Assembly: GCA_963822585.1 (NCBI GenBank) | Contig: CAWGIE010000026.1 | Span: 32,001 to 96,000 of the forward strand | DNA: 64,000 bases | DNA from: an uncultured bacterium | GTDB taxonomy: Bacteria; Auribacterota; Erginobacteria; Erginobacterales; Erginobacteraceae | Direction of reading: 5' to 3' | Part shown: positions 1 through 9,776 of the stretch, piece after piece | Layout: the number at the start of each line of letters is the position of its first letter | Numbering within the stretch: position 1 is the stretch's first letter | Program-made: the position numbers and the translations under genes | The notes under the pieces: model-generated | Seen by the model: only the letters and a program-made list of their open reading frames with translations | Database searches by the model: none | Told to the model about the DNA's origin: nothing

Positions 1-1433
1 TCGCCGCCCACCGGCTGGTCTGGCTGGAAGGGAACGTGCTCGCCAACCAGCCGGCCGCGGTCGGGACCCTCTTCACGGTCGGCTTTGCCGGGGGCGGCGA
101 GTTTTTCCCCAATCTCCTGCACTGCCTTTTCGGGTTGATGAGCGCCGCCGCGGTCTATCTCTTTGGGCGTCGGCCTGCCGGTCGCTCGGCCGCCGCCCTG
201 GGAGCGTTGATCTTCTACACCGTCCCCTCGGTGGCCCGCGTCTCCTCCTGGGCCTACATAGACCTGGGCCTGACTTTTTGGACGGTGCTTGCTCTCTTCA
301 GTTATCTGCGCTGGAAGGAGGGGGCGGGTTCCTTCGTCCTGATCGGCCTCTTCGGAGGTCTGGCGATGGGGAGCAAATATACCGGACTTGTCCTCTTCGC
401 GCTCCTGGCGGTGCTGGCGTTCATCGATTGTGCCCGGCACAGAGAACGCCGGCTGTTCTGCGGGAAAGTGGTTTCCTTCTCCGCGATCGCTCTTCTGGTC
501 GCCGCTCCCTGGTATCTCAAGAACCTCTGGATGACCGGCAACCCCTTTTACCCGGTCCTTTACTCGGTCTTCGGGGGTAAAGGATGGGATGCCGCCCGGG
601 CCCTGTATTACCGGAGCATCATCATGGGCGGCCTGAGGATGGGGCCCCTCGACTATCTGCTTCTTCCCTGGAACCTGACCGTCCGGGGAGCCTACACGTA
701 TGATAACTTCGACGGGATTATCGGCCCCGCCTTTCTGATTTTTCTGCCGCTGGCGTTCTTTACCGGAAAGAAGAATCATTCCTTCCGTTTCCTGGGGATC
801 TATTCTTTGATCTATTTTCTCATCTGGGCGGTTATCTCGCTCAAGGTCCGCAAACTGATCCCGGTCCTGGCGCCGGTGTCTTTACTGGCGGGTACGGCGG
901 CAGCCGCTCTTCTGGAGGGGCGCCTCTCCCGGCTCTTGAAGGCAGTGGTTTTCTGTGTGCTCTGCCTGGTGATCGGCCTGAACCTGGGGACGATCGCCGG
1001 CGACGTGGCGAAGGTGAATCCTTTCCGTTTTGTCTCGGGGCGGGAGACGAATGATGAGTTCCTTGCCCGGAATGTGCATAATTACCGGGCGATCGATTTC
1101 GCCAACCGGAACCTGCCGGACGGTTCCGCGATCCTCTTCATCTACGGCGGAAATGCCTGGTACTATTCCCGGCATCCCACGATCGTTGACAGCATCTTCC
1201 AGGACCAGACCATCAGGGAGCTGCTGGCCGGGAGTCATTCCCCGGCTGAACTGCGGGAGGAATGTCTTCGCCGGGGGATCACCCATATCCTGGTCAATTT
1301 TAATATCGCCGCGCAGGGGCTTTTCCCCGCACTCACCCCGGAGAAAAACAAAATTCTGGAAGAGTTTTTTAAGCAAAATGCCCGGATTATCTTCCAGGAT
1401 GGACCCGATTACCTTTTCGCTGTATCTCATTAG
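1..1433 (+). CDS. GT-C fold (PMT/ArnT-like, GT39-like) polytopic membrane glycosyltransferase, 5'-truncated by window edge
   Basis: Frame is open from position 3; many TM helices; 'AYIDLG', 'GSKYTG' and 'PWYLKN..TGNPFYP' motifs typical of bacterial PMT_2-like proteins. Confidence 0.75.
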   Translation, partial: AAHRLVWLEGNVLANQPAAVGTLFTVGFAGGGEFFPNLLHCLFGLMSAAAVYLFGRRPAGRSAAALGALIFYTVPSVARVSSWAYIDLGLTFWTVLALFSYLRWKEGAGSFVLIGLFGGLAMGSKYTGLVLFALLAVLAFIDCARHRERRLFCGKVVSFSAIALLVAAPWYLKNLWMTGNPFYPVLYSVFGGKGWDAARALYYRSIIMGGLRMGPLDYLLLPWNLTVRGAYTYDNFDGIIGPAFLIFLPLAFFTGKKNHSFRFLGIYSLIYFLIWAVISLKVRKLIPVLAPVSLLAGTAAAALLEGRLSRLLKAVVFCVLCLVIGLNLGTIAGDVAKVNPFRFVSGRETNDEFLARNVHNYRAIDFANRNLPDGSAILFIYGGNAWYYSRHPTIVDSIFQDQTIRELLAGSHSPAELREECLRRGITHILVNFNIAAQGLFPALTPEKNKILEEFFKQNARIIFQDGPDYLFAVSH

Positions 1434-1468
1434 GGAAGGCTGGGCAGGGGAGTAATGCGTTGAAAAAT

Positions 1469-1609
1469 AGTGATCAGTAATCAGTTGAAAAGATGGTAAT
1501 CAGTAATCAGTTATCGGTAATCAGTAGGGCGCGAAGCAGCCCCCCCGGGTCATTTAATTCGCTTGCCGTTTACCGGTTACTGATCACTGATCACTGATTA
1601 CCGATTACT
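1469..1609. repeat. Inverted pair of heptamer tandem repeats (T(A/G)ATC(A/G)G family)
   Basis: Left arm gtgatcagtaatcag...gtaatcagtaatcagttatcggtaatcagt; right arm tactgatcactgatcactgattaccgattac. Confidence 0.85.
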
Positions 1610-1640
1610 TTCTAACCTTGATTCCGGGTATGATAGAGAC

Positions 1641-3422
1641 ATGGCTGGACAAAAAATCAAAACCTGCGCAATCCTGGCCCTGATTCTTCTGGCGACCGTT
1701 ATCGCCTACGGCAATTCCTTCCGGGTCCCCTTTATCTACGATGATACAAACCAGATCGTGGAAAACGCCCTGGTTAAGAATCCTTCTTTGATCCCTCGCC
1801 TCTTTACACCCGAATTTTATAAACTTTCCCCCAAACGCTTCCGGCCGGTCACCGTTCTTTTCTATGTTCTCCAATACGCGTTCTGGCGGCTTAACCCCTG
1901 GGGATATCACCTCTTCAAGCTGCTCCTTCACCTGGTCAATATCATCCTCCTGTATGCCTATCTCCGCCTGCTCCGGACCGGGACCCCGGTTGCCCTCGGC
2001 GCCGCCGCCCTTTTTGCTCTCCATCCCGCCCACGTGGAAACCGTCACCTGCATCTCCTTTCTGGACGATCCACTGATGTTCTTCTGGTTTTTTCTCAGCC
2101 TAATTGCCGCGACGCGGGCAACCCGGGTAAACCGACGTCCCTGGACCTGGACTTTCTTCTCCCTCTTTTTTTACCTTCTCTCCCTCGCCAGCAAGGAGCT
2201 GGCCCTGGTTCTGCCTCTCTGGATTTTCCTGCAGTTGCTGACCGAACGTTTCCCCGGGATCAGCCGTCGGGCGCGGTTCTGGCTGGGATTCATCGCCGTC
2301 AGTCTGGTCTGGGTCGCGATTCGTTTCTTCATCCTGGAAAAAGAGGGCTGGCTGATGATCTCGGCGGCGAGAGAAATGGGCCCGGTGAATGTCGTCTCGG
2401 CTACCTACCTCCATTACCTCCGGGTGGCCCTTATCCCGGTTAACCTTTGCCTGGATTACGTCTATCCCCTTCCTCACGGAGTTTTCTCCCTGCCGGCGAA
2501 TAGCATTCTGCTCCTTGCTCTGGCCGCGGGGATGCTTATTCTCGGTTGCGCCGCCCGGTCTCGGCTCCTTTTTCTTGGCTGGGGATGGTTCATCGTCGCC
2601 CTCCTCCCGATTGCCAATATCATCAGTCAGCCTCGTCTGGTTGCCGATCGGTATCTATATTTGCCGCTGACCGGTTTCTGTCTCGTTTTCTCCTTCCTTT
2701 TTGACAGACTGCGGAACGGCTGTAAATCGCGTCTCGGCCGCTTGATTGTTGGCGCCTGTTTTTTACTGGTGCTGATCTCCTTTGGCGTCCTGGTGCACAG
2801 TGAGAATCGGACATGGGCCGATCCCCGTCTTCTCTGGGAGGATATTCTTCGGACTTCTCCGGCCAGTGTCGCTGCCCGCAATAACCTGGGCAGCATTTAC
2901 CTGTCAGAGGGGAAGCCGGCCGCCGCCGAAAGCATGTTCAGGGATGCCCTGGATCGGGAACCCCCGGAAAAATATCGGGCGGTCATTCTTACCAATCTCG
3001 CTCTTTCCCGATGGGAACAGGGAGAGGCGGAGAACGCGGTGGGACTCCTTGTCCGCGGTGCCGCGGCGGATCCCGATTACGCGCCCGCCGCCTATGAACT
3101 GGGGAAGATATATCTTTCTCAACGGAAATACACCGAAGCCCAGGGTGCGTTCCGCCGGGCCCTTGGACTCGCCCCCTATAATTATATCGTCCATGATTAT
3201 CTGGCGGGATTTTACGCTTCCCGGGGAAATTGGGATGAAGCGGAAAGATACGCCCGGCAGGCGGTTCATCTCAACCCCGACTCCGCGATTAGCTATGATC
3301 ACCTGGGGGTTATCTATGCCAATCAAGGGAAAGGAGAGGATGCCCGCCACGCGTGGCGCCAGGCCCTGGAACTGGACCCGAGCCTGGAATCCGCCCGCCG
3401 GAACCAGGCCGCGGCCGAATAA
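1641..3422 (+). CDS. TMTC-like protein O-mannosyltransferase family membrane protein with C-terminal TPRs
   Basis: 'FIYDD' acidic loop after TM1, 'RPV', 'GYHL..LLLH', 'FALHP.HVE.V', 'SKE', 'ADRYLYLP', followed by TPR repeats. Confidence 0.85.
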   Translation: MAGQKIKTCAILALILLATVIAYGNSFRVPFIYDDTNQIVENALVKNPSLIPRLFTPEFYKLSPKRFRPVTVLFYVLQYAFWRLNPWGYHLFKLLLHLVNIILLYAYLRLLRTGTPVALGAAALFALHPAHVETVTCISFLDDPLMFFWFFLSLIAATRATRVNRRPWTWTFFSLFFYLLSLASKELALVLPLWIFLQLLTERFPGISRRARFWLGFIAVSLVWVAIRFFILEKEGWLMISAAREMGPVNVVSATYLHYLRVALIPVNLCLDYVYPLPHGVFSLPANSILLLALAAGMLILGCAARSRLLFLGWGWFIVALLPIANIISQPRLVADRYLYLPLTGFCLVFSFLFDRLRNGCKSRLGRLIVGACFLLVLISFGVLVHSENRTWADPRLLWEDILRTSPASVAARNNLGSIYLSEGKPAAAESMFRDALDREPPEKYRAVILTNLALSRWEQGEAENAVGLLVRGAAADPDYAPAAYELGKIYLSQRKYTEAQGAFRRALGLAPYNYIVHDYLAGFYASRGNWDEAERYARQAVHLNPDSAISYDHLGVIYANQGKGEDARHAWRQALELDPSLESARRNQAAAE

Positions 3423-3481
3423 TCTTTTAAGCGGACATCCGGTTGATTTGGCCCGGGTGTTACCAATACTGACAAGAGAAT

Positions 3482-3568
3482 AAAACCACGAAGGACACGA
3501 AGTCCACGAAGGCTTTTATATAGAGTATGTAAAATATTCCCTTCGTGAACTTCGTGTCCTTCGCGGTG
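3482..3568. repeat. Inverted pair of nonamer repeats (AACCACGAAGGACACGAAG family)
   Basis: aaccacgaaggacacgaagtccacgaag ... cttcgtgaacttcgtgtccttcgcggt; other copies near 21697 and at 37671-37886. Confidence 0.8.
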
Positions 3569-3585
3569 ATAAATAGGCCAAGAAA

Positions 3586-5055
3586 ATGAGTTGCACATCG
3601 GGAAATGGTTCGGAAAGAAATACAGTATATATATGGATCAGCATAGCCATTCTCCTGGCGGCGGGGACGGCGGCCTTCTATCCCGTGCTCCACAACGGGT
3701 TCACCAACTGGGACGACCCCGCCCAGCTTCTCGATAATCCCCTGGTCCGGGAGCTGTCCTTCCAAAACACGGTCGAGATATTCCGCTCCCGGGTGGTCAG
3801 CGAATACCACCCGCTGGTGACGATCCTTTTTTCACTGGAGTACCGGCTTTCCGGTCTTCGTCCCGCCGTCTATCATCTGCACAGCCTGCTGGTGCACCAG
3901 GCGAATACCCTGCTGGTTTTCTTCCTCCTCTTCCTGCTCGGCCGGAACCTCCCGGCAGCCCTGGCGGGCGCGCTTTTCTTCGAGATCAATCCTCTCCAGG
4001 TCCAGGCGGTGGCCTGGGTATCGGCTCGGAAAGACCTTCTCTACGCGTTCTTCTATCTGCTCGCGCTGATAACATTCATCCTCTATCACCGCCGGTCTCA
4101 GGTACGGTTCTACATCGCTTCGATTATCCTCTTTATTCTTTCTCTTCTTTGCAAAACCACCGCGGCGACCCTGCCGCCGGTGATACTGCTCTGGCTTTTC
4201 TGCTTCCGCCGGCGGGTGTCGAAGGAAGACTGGATCGCGCTGCTGCCCTTCCTGGGCATCGCGCTTGCCGTCGGTTTCCCCGTGTTGATGATGCAAACCG
4301 CCCGCTATCCGGGCAGCGCCGCCCATCTCGGCCTCTCCGGTGAAAACATGTTTCTCTCTTTCCGGAACCTGGGTTTTTATCTGACCCGGACCGTGTTCCC
4401 GGTTCGACTCTCTCCGATCGAGCTCTTTCCCCGGAGTCTGCCCTTCTTTGAGGTTCCGGTCGCGGGTTCTCTGCTCCTGGTTTGCTCCCTGGCCGTCTGG
4501 CTGGCCGCGGTCCGGAAGAGCAACCGGGATATGCTCTTCGCCGCCGGTTTTTTTGTCGTCACTCTCCTGCCCGTTCTCCGTCTCATTCCTTTCGCCGGCA
4601 TCGAGGCTGCCGCCAACCGGTTCGCCTATTTGCCTCTGGTCGGGGCCGGTTATCTGATCGGCGGAGGCATTGGCGGTCTGTTGTCCCGGGCGGGGAAAAT
4701 GAAAGCTCGGAAAACGGCAATCGTCATTCTCTGCTGTATGGCCGGTTTCTTTTTGGCGGCCGGCAGCGGGTACCGCTGCCGGCTCTGGCGGGACGGCGGC
4801 ACCCTCTGGCAGGAGGCTCTCCGGAGACAGGGGGAGAGCGACCTGGTCTATCATATGCTGGCCGACGATGCCTTCCGTTCCGGACGATATCCGGAGACAA
4901 TCTCTTTCTGCGACCGGGCGATAGATCTGAATCCGGCCATGGCCTACTCCTACCTCCTGAAATCCCGTGCCCAGCAGGGGCTGGGGAAAGAGCAAAAGGC
5001 GAAGGAAACATATCAGCAGTATGAGCAAGTGCTTCGGAGATTGGGGATCAAGTAA
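3586..5055 (+). CDS. TMTC-like GT-C membrane protein with short TPR tail
   Basis: 'FTNWDD', 'YHPL', 'YHLHSLLVH', 'NPLQVQAVAWVSARKD', 'ANRFAYLP'. Confidence 0.85.
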   Translation: MSCTSGNGSERNTVYIWISIAILLAAGTAAFYPVLHNGFTNWDDPAQLLDNPLVRELSFQNTVEIFRSRVVSEYHPLVTILFSLEYRLSGLRPAVYHLHSLLVHQANTLLVFFLLFLLGRNLPAALAGALFFEINPLQVQAVAWVSARKDLLYAFFYLLALITFILYHRRSQVRFYIASIILFILSLLCKTTAATLPPVILLWLFCFRRRVSKEDWIALLPFLGIALAVGFPVLMMQTARYPGSAAHLGLSGENMFLSFRNLGFYLTRTVFPVRLSPIELFPRSLPFFEVPVAGSLLLVCSLAVWLAAVRKSNRDMLFAAGFFVVTLLPVLRLIPFAGIEAAANRFAYLPLVGAGYLIGGGIGGLLSRAGKMKARKTAIVILCCMAGFFLAAGSGYRCRLWRDGGTLWQEALRRQGESDLVYHMLADDAFRSGRYPETISFCDRAIDLNPAMAYSYLLKSRAQQGLGKEQKAKETYQQYEQVLRRLGIK

Positions 5056-5059
5056 CAGA

Positions 5060-5150
5060 TGATCGGTGATCAGTAATCAGTAATCGGTGCCCCGGCCACC
5101 GGCTACCGATCACCGATTACTGATTACCGATCACCGATCACTGATTACCG
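5060..5150. repeat. Inverted pair of heptamer tandem repeats (T(A/G)ATC(A/G)G family)
   Basis: tgatcggtgatcagtaatcagtaatcgg ... ccgatcaccgattactgattaccgatcaccgatcactgattacc. Confidence 0.85.
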
Positions 5151-5159
5151 GTTGCCATT

Positions 5160-7085
5160 ATGTCTGGAAATATCATATTGAAAACACACCTGACCGCCTT
5201 CCTCATCATCCTCATCCTGGGAGGGGTCATTTACCTAAACAGCCTGGCCGCCTCCTTCCAGTGGGATGACATCCCCCATATCGTCCGGAACCCGGCCCTC
5301 TATGACTGGAGAGACCTCGGCGCCATCTTCAGGTTCTGGCCGACCCGCTGCTTTCTTTTCTGGACGCTGGCCCTGAATTATCGTTTCGGGGGATTGAACG
5401 CGGCCGGGTATCATCTGGTCAACGCCGTTATCCATATTTTTTCCGCCTTCCTGGTCTACCTTATTTTTTTTCGCCTGCGGCGGAAAAAAATAGTTTTAAA
5501 TTCAAACGAAGATCTGCGTGATTATTACACGGCTTTACTGGCCGGGCTGTTGTTTGTCGCTCATCCCCTGCAGACCCAGGCGGTTACCTTTATTGTCCAG
5601 CGCGGGGCAAGCTTGAGCGGTTTCTGCTGCTTGCTTTCCCTCTATTTCTATGCCCGGGGCAGGCAGGAAAAAGTGGCGGCGTATTTTATCGCCGCCTGGA
5701 TCTCCGGCTTACTGGGAATCTTCAGCAAGGAAGGAGCGGCAGCGCTCCCCCTGCTGATCGGACTGTGGGAACTTCTCTTCGGGCCGGAGGAGGGATGGCG
5801 CCGGCGACTGGCCGTCTGGTTCCCGTTTGCCCTCCTCCCGGGCCTTATCCTGATCACCGTCTGGTGGTCCGTCCGTACCGGCGACGCCGGGTTTTATTAC
5901 GCTCTTAACCTCCGGGACAGCCTGCCTTCGGTCGGGCTGGCCGACAGCGCCGACCGCGTCTCCTCACGGTGGATCTATATCGTCACCCAGTTCCGGGTCC
6001 TTCTCATCTATCTCCGGCTGCTTTTTATCCCCGTCAGACAGACCATCTACTATGATCTCCACCCCACGGTATCCTTATTCCGGGGAGCCGCCCTCTTCCC
6101 GGCCCTGGCGTTGGCGTCTTTCGTCGCCCTGGCCGTCCGTCTGATCCGAGTCAACCGGATCATCTCCTTCGGCATCTTCTTCTTCCTCCTCTCCCTGGTC
6201 CCGACCTCTTCGCTGGTCGTCCTGCTTCCCCTGGTCTCGGAGCACCACCTCTACCTGGCCCTGGCCGGCTTCGCCTGGGCCATCCCGGTCATGCTGGGAC
6301 GTTTTTGCCGCGGCAGATGGTTCGGTATTACAGGCGCCCTGATCGTCTTCTGCATGGCCCTGTTGACGTACGCTCGAAACCTGGTCTGGTTGACCCCGCT
6401 TACCCTCTGGCGGGATGCGTTGAGTAAAGCTCCCCACCTCGCTTCCCTTCACGACTCTATGGCCTCCGTGTATATTGAAAGGGGGGAATACGGCGCGGCC
6501 GTCAGGGAGAGCCGAAAAGCCTTTGAGCTGGACCCCGGCTTCAACGCCTCTCAAAATCTCTGGGCCGCGTATCACAATCTGGGCCGCTATGACGCGGCCG
6601 CTGAGATCGCCAGGAGGAGGATCGATCTTTTTCCCGGATCGGCCGACGCTCACGTGGCCCTCGCCCTGACCTTGATCGAGAGGAAGGAGGAGGAGGCGGC
6701 GCAAGGTGAATTGCTGAGAGCGATCGCGCTCGATCCGGACCTTCCCCGGGCCCACCTCCTTCTGGGTAATCTTTATGGGCGCGCGGGGGAAACAAAAAGA
6801 GCCGAGAAGGAACTCCGGGAATCGATCCGCCTCGCGCCCTACCTGATGGCAGGCTATGATGCTCTCGGGGCACTCTATCTCACCCAGGGGAGATGGGGAG
6901 AGGCGGAACATATTTACCGGATCGCTCTGGCGCACAACTCGCGGCATTTGCCGGCCCGACTCTCACTAATCCGCATTTATCGGATACAGGGCCGGGAAGC
7001 GGCCGCCCGCCGGGAGGCGGCCGTGATCGAGAAAATGATCGGGAAACAGGCCTTTGATACGTTCATGAAAACCGTGGCGGAATAG
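5160..7085 (+). CDS. TMTC-like GT-C membrane protein with TPRs
   Basis: 'FQWDD', 'GYHLVN..IH', 'HPLQTQAV', 'SKE', 'EHHLYL', multiple TPRs. Confidence 0.85.
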   Translation: MSGNIILKTHLTAFLIILILGGVIYLNSLAASFQWDDIPHIVRNPALYDWRDLGAIFRFWPTRCFLFWTLALNYRFGGLNAAGYHLVNAVIHIFSAFLVYLIFFRLRRKKIVLNSNEDLRDYYTALLAGLLFVAHPLQTQAVTFIVQRGASLSGFCCLLSLYFYARGRQEKVAAYFIAAWISGLLGIFSKEGAAALPLLIGLWELLFGPEEGWRRRLAVWFPFALLPGLILITVWWSVRTGDAGFYYALNLRDSLPSVGLADSADRVSSRWIYIVTQFRVLLIYLRLLFIPVRQTIYYDLHPTVSLFRGAALFPALALASFVALAVRLIRVNRIISFGIFFFLLSLVPTSSLVVLLPLVSEHHLYLALAGFAWAIPVMLGRFCRGRWFGITGALIVFCMALLTYARNLVWLTPLTLWRDALSKAPHLASLHDSMASVYIERGEYGAAVRESRKAFELDPGFNASQNLWAAYHNLGRYDAAAEIARRRIDLFPGSADAHVALALTLIERKEEEAAQGELLRAIALDPDLPRAHLLLGNLYGRAGETKRAEKELRESIRLAPYLMAGYDALGALYLTQGRWGEAEHIYRIALAHNSRHLPARLSLIRIYRIQGREAAARREAAVIEKMIGKQAFDTFMKTVAE

Positions 7086-7162
7086 GTCGGCGTTGGGGAA
7101 GAGAGTCCGTCCGATCCGTCTGATACGTCCGGTCCGTCCGATACGATCGGGAAAAAGCCGTC

Positions 7163-8617
7163 ATGCCAAAGAAACCATCAACCGGTTTTATCGTCATTCT
7201 CGGTATCGCGGCCCTGGTTTTCGCGGCGGCCATGCTGCAGCCCCGGCAGCTTGCCTCGGCCTGGTGGAAGGTGAAGTTTTTCTTCCTGGAGAGGTACCGT
7301 GAATTCCAGATCGGACAAAACCTGAAAACGATCGACCGCCTGGTGGAGAACGCTCCCCGGGTTGAGATACCGGCGGGCGCCCCGCTCAATCTGCTCTTGG
7401 TCAGTATCGATACCTGCCGGAGCGATCGCCTGGGCTGTTACGGCTGCCCTGATCCGACGACGCCGAATATCGACTCGCTGGCGGCAAAGGGAGCGCGATT
7501 CTCTTCCGTTGTCTGCTCGGCCCCGGTTACGCTGCCGTCGCATGCTACCATCATGACCTCACTCTATCCGCCCACGCACGGGGTGCGGGATAACGGGAGT
7601 TTTCGCCTTGATGAATCGTTTCTGACTCTGGCGGAGATTCTCAAACAAAACGGGTTCGCGACCGGGGCGGTGGTGGGGAGCTTCGTTCTCGATCATCGTT
7701 TCGGTCTCGGCCAGGGATTCGATTATTATCACGACACCTTCCGTAAACCCGGCTCCTACCGGTTCCTTCACAGCCGCTGGCAGGGACACAAGGTCGATAT
7801 TTTCGAAAGCGCCGCCGATGAAGTCACCCTGGAAGCCCTTCGGTGGCTTTCCGCCAATCGGGAGAAAAGGTTCTTCCTCTTTGTTCACTACTATGACCCC
7901 CATGAGCCGTACACGCCTCCCCGAGCATACCGGGATAAATTTCCCTCCAGTCCTTACAACGGCGAGGTCTCCTTCGTGGACGGCTGTCTCTCTCGTCTTT
8001 TCCGTTACCTCGAGAAGACCGGACTCAGCGGTGATACACTGATCTCGATCACGGGTGATCACGGGGAGAGCCTGGGGGAGCACGGCTATACCGGCCACGC
8101 TGATGTCGTTTATGACGAAGTGCTTCTGGTACCCTGGGTCATCGCCGACCCCCGGGAGAAGATGCCGGGCCATGTCATCGCCCGGCAGGTGAGCAGCGTT
8201 GATATCATGCCGACCCTCCTCGACCTCCTCTCGCTCCCGATCCCCGATGGACTGCAGGGCCGCAGCCGCCTTCCGCTCCTTTCCGGGGAGATCGGAGGAG
8301 GAGAGGAGATATCCTATTCCGAGACACTTTTCCCGTTTCTCCGGGGAGGGCAAGATGAGATCTACTGCCTGCGCACGCCGCGGTGGAAACTGATTCGCCG
8401 GATTGCCGGGAACGGCCGGCAAACGGAATCGTTTTTCGACCTCGCCTCCCCCGGCGACGAGAACGCGGACGTTTCCTCCCGTTATCCGGAAGAGGCCGGT
8501 TTTCTTTCACGGCGGCTGGATGAGTACCGGAAACTGGAGCCGGAAAAAAGATTCCAAAGGATGATCGGGGTCGAGGATGATACCCGGAAGAAGCTGAAAG
8601 CGTTGGGGTATTTATAG
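7163..8617 (+). CDS. Sulfatase/alkaline-phosphatase-superfamily hydrolase or transferase, N-terminal membrane anchor
   Basis: 'VSIDTCRSD', 'TPNID', 'TLPSH', 'HYYDPHEPY', 'GDHGESLGEH', C-terminal 'LKALGYL'. Confidence 0.85.
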   Translation: MPKKPSTGFIVILGIAALVFAAAMLQPRQLASAWWKVKFFFLERYREFQIGQNLKTIDRLVENAPRVEIPAGAPLNLLLVSIDTCRSDRLGCYGCPDPTTPNIDSLAAKGARFSSVVCSAPVTLPSHATIMTSLYPPTHGVRDNGSFRLDESFLTLAEILKQNGFATGAVVGSFVLDHRFGLGQGFDYYHDTFRKPGSYRFLHSRWQGHKVDIFESAADEVTLEALRWLSANREKRFFLFVHYYDPHEPYTPPRAYRDKFPSSPYNGEVSFVDGCLSRLFRYLEKTGLSGDTLISITGDHGESLGEHGYTGHADVVYDEVLLVPWVIADPREKMPGHVIARQVSSVDIMPTLLDLLSLPIPDGLQGRSRLPLLSGEIGGGEEISYSETLFPFLRGGQDEIYCLRTPRWKLIRRIAGNGRQTESFFDLASPGDENADVSSRYPEEAGFLSRRLDEYRKLEPEKRFQRMIGVEDDTRKKLKALGYL

Positions 8618-8667
8618 GAAAGATGCTTCGGGAGGCATCTCGTATCCTCCCTCCGGTATCTCCCCTC

Positions 8668-9726
8668 TCATTCCAGCACTTCCGTATCCCGGATCCTCTC
8701 CGCCAGTTCCTCCGTGAATACGGACGCCCCGTCGAAGGTCAGGTGCACCCGGTCGGCGAAGTATTTCGGATCCGAGGCGACACCGGACAGATCCCAAAAA
8801 GCGGCCACGTTGTCGTATTCTTTCATTTTGGGCCGGAGGAAACCCAGCAGCCGGTCGTGGAGGTCGAACCTTTTCCAGATCTCCATCTCATCGGAGCGGA
8901 CCGGTGATAAGCAGACAACGGCGGGGATGCCGTTTTCATGGAGAAGGGAAAGAATCCGGTCGATGTAGTAGCAGTTGTAGGATGAGACCTGGAAGCGCTT
9001 GTATTCCGGAGGAATATCGGTGATCACTTCGACCTTCTCTTTGGTGGGATCGAGATCTTCGTTGAAGTAACCTTTCCCCCGACGATACTTTTTAAGATAA
9101 CCCGCGTATTCATTCTCCCGGAAGCGCCGCGCGCGGGCGATAATATCCGGCAAGCCCTTTCTCAGGGCATATTGTTTCCGGAAAGAGGGCAGCAGGGAAA
9201 GCAGGCGGAAAGGGAGGTAGCGGAAGGGTGGGGCCAACTTCAGAAGCCCGATCTCCGCCAGAAGATCCCGGTCTGCCCGGAAGTAGGGGAAAACGTAGTT
9301 TCGGAGCCGCTCCAGGTCCATGAAATGGTTCCCCAGCAGGGAGATCGGCGATAGCTGGAGAATGACCAGTTCCGGCTTCCTGGCGCCGCCGTTCAGGTAA
9401 CGTTTCAGGAGGATGTAGTTGATGAGATAGGTCTGATCGACATCCACCGAGAAGTTGTAGGCGGACTTGCCGAGCCGCGCCTCCAGCAGCGCCGGCCGGA
9501 TGCCGGCCCAGCCGGTGCAATCCCCGGTGATGAGAATGTCGTAACCTCCCGTCTTCTCCGCTTCCTCCCCCTTGATCCGCATCGCCTCCTGACCGTAGGG
9601 AACCGTGAGAAGGGATCGCTCCGGAATACACTGGAGGGTGATTTCGAAGGTGCCGGCCAGAAGAAGGAAGATGAAAAATCCCCAGGGGAGGTTGCGGCTT
9701 TTCAGTTTGGAAATGTTTATTCTCAT
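8668..9726 (-). CDS. SGNH-like periplasmic acyltransferase partner of MBOAT (AlgJ/DltD-like)
   Basis: N-terminal TM; block I 'ITGDCT', C-terminal 'ADRVHL' (DxxH); directly downstream of the MBOAT gene. Confidence 0.6.
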   Translation of the reverse strand: MRINISKLKSRNLPWGFFIFLLLAGTFEITLQCIPERSLLTVPYGQEAMRIKGEEAEKTGGYDILITGDCTGWAGIRPALLEARLGKSAYNFSVDVDQTYLINYILLKRYLNGGARKPELVILQLSPISLLGNHFMDLERLRNYVFPYFRADRDLLAEIGLLKLAPPFRYLPFRLLSLLPSFRKQYALRKGLPDIIARARRFRENEYAGYLKKYRRGKGYFNEDLDPTKEKVEVITDIPPEYKRFQVSSYNCYYIDRILSLLHENGIPAVVCLSPVRSDEMEIWKRFDLHDRLLGFLRPKMKEYDNVAAFWDLSGVASDPKYFADRVHLTFDGASVFTEELAERIRDTEVLE

Positions 9727-9776
9727 GTATTTTTTCTCAGTCTTTTAACCGCGCGCCGCCACGGGCGGAGCACGGT

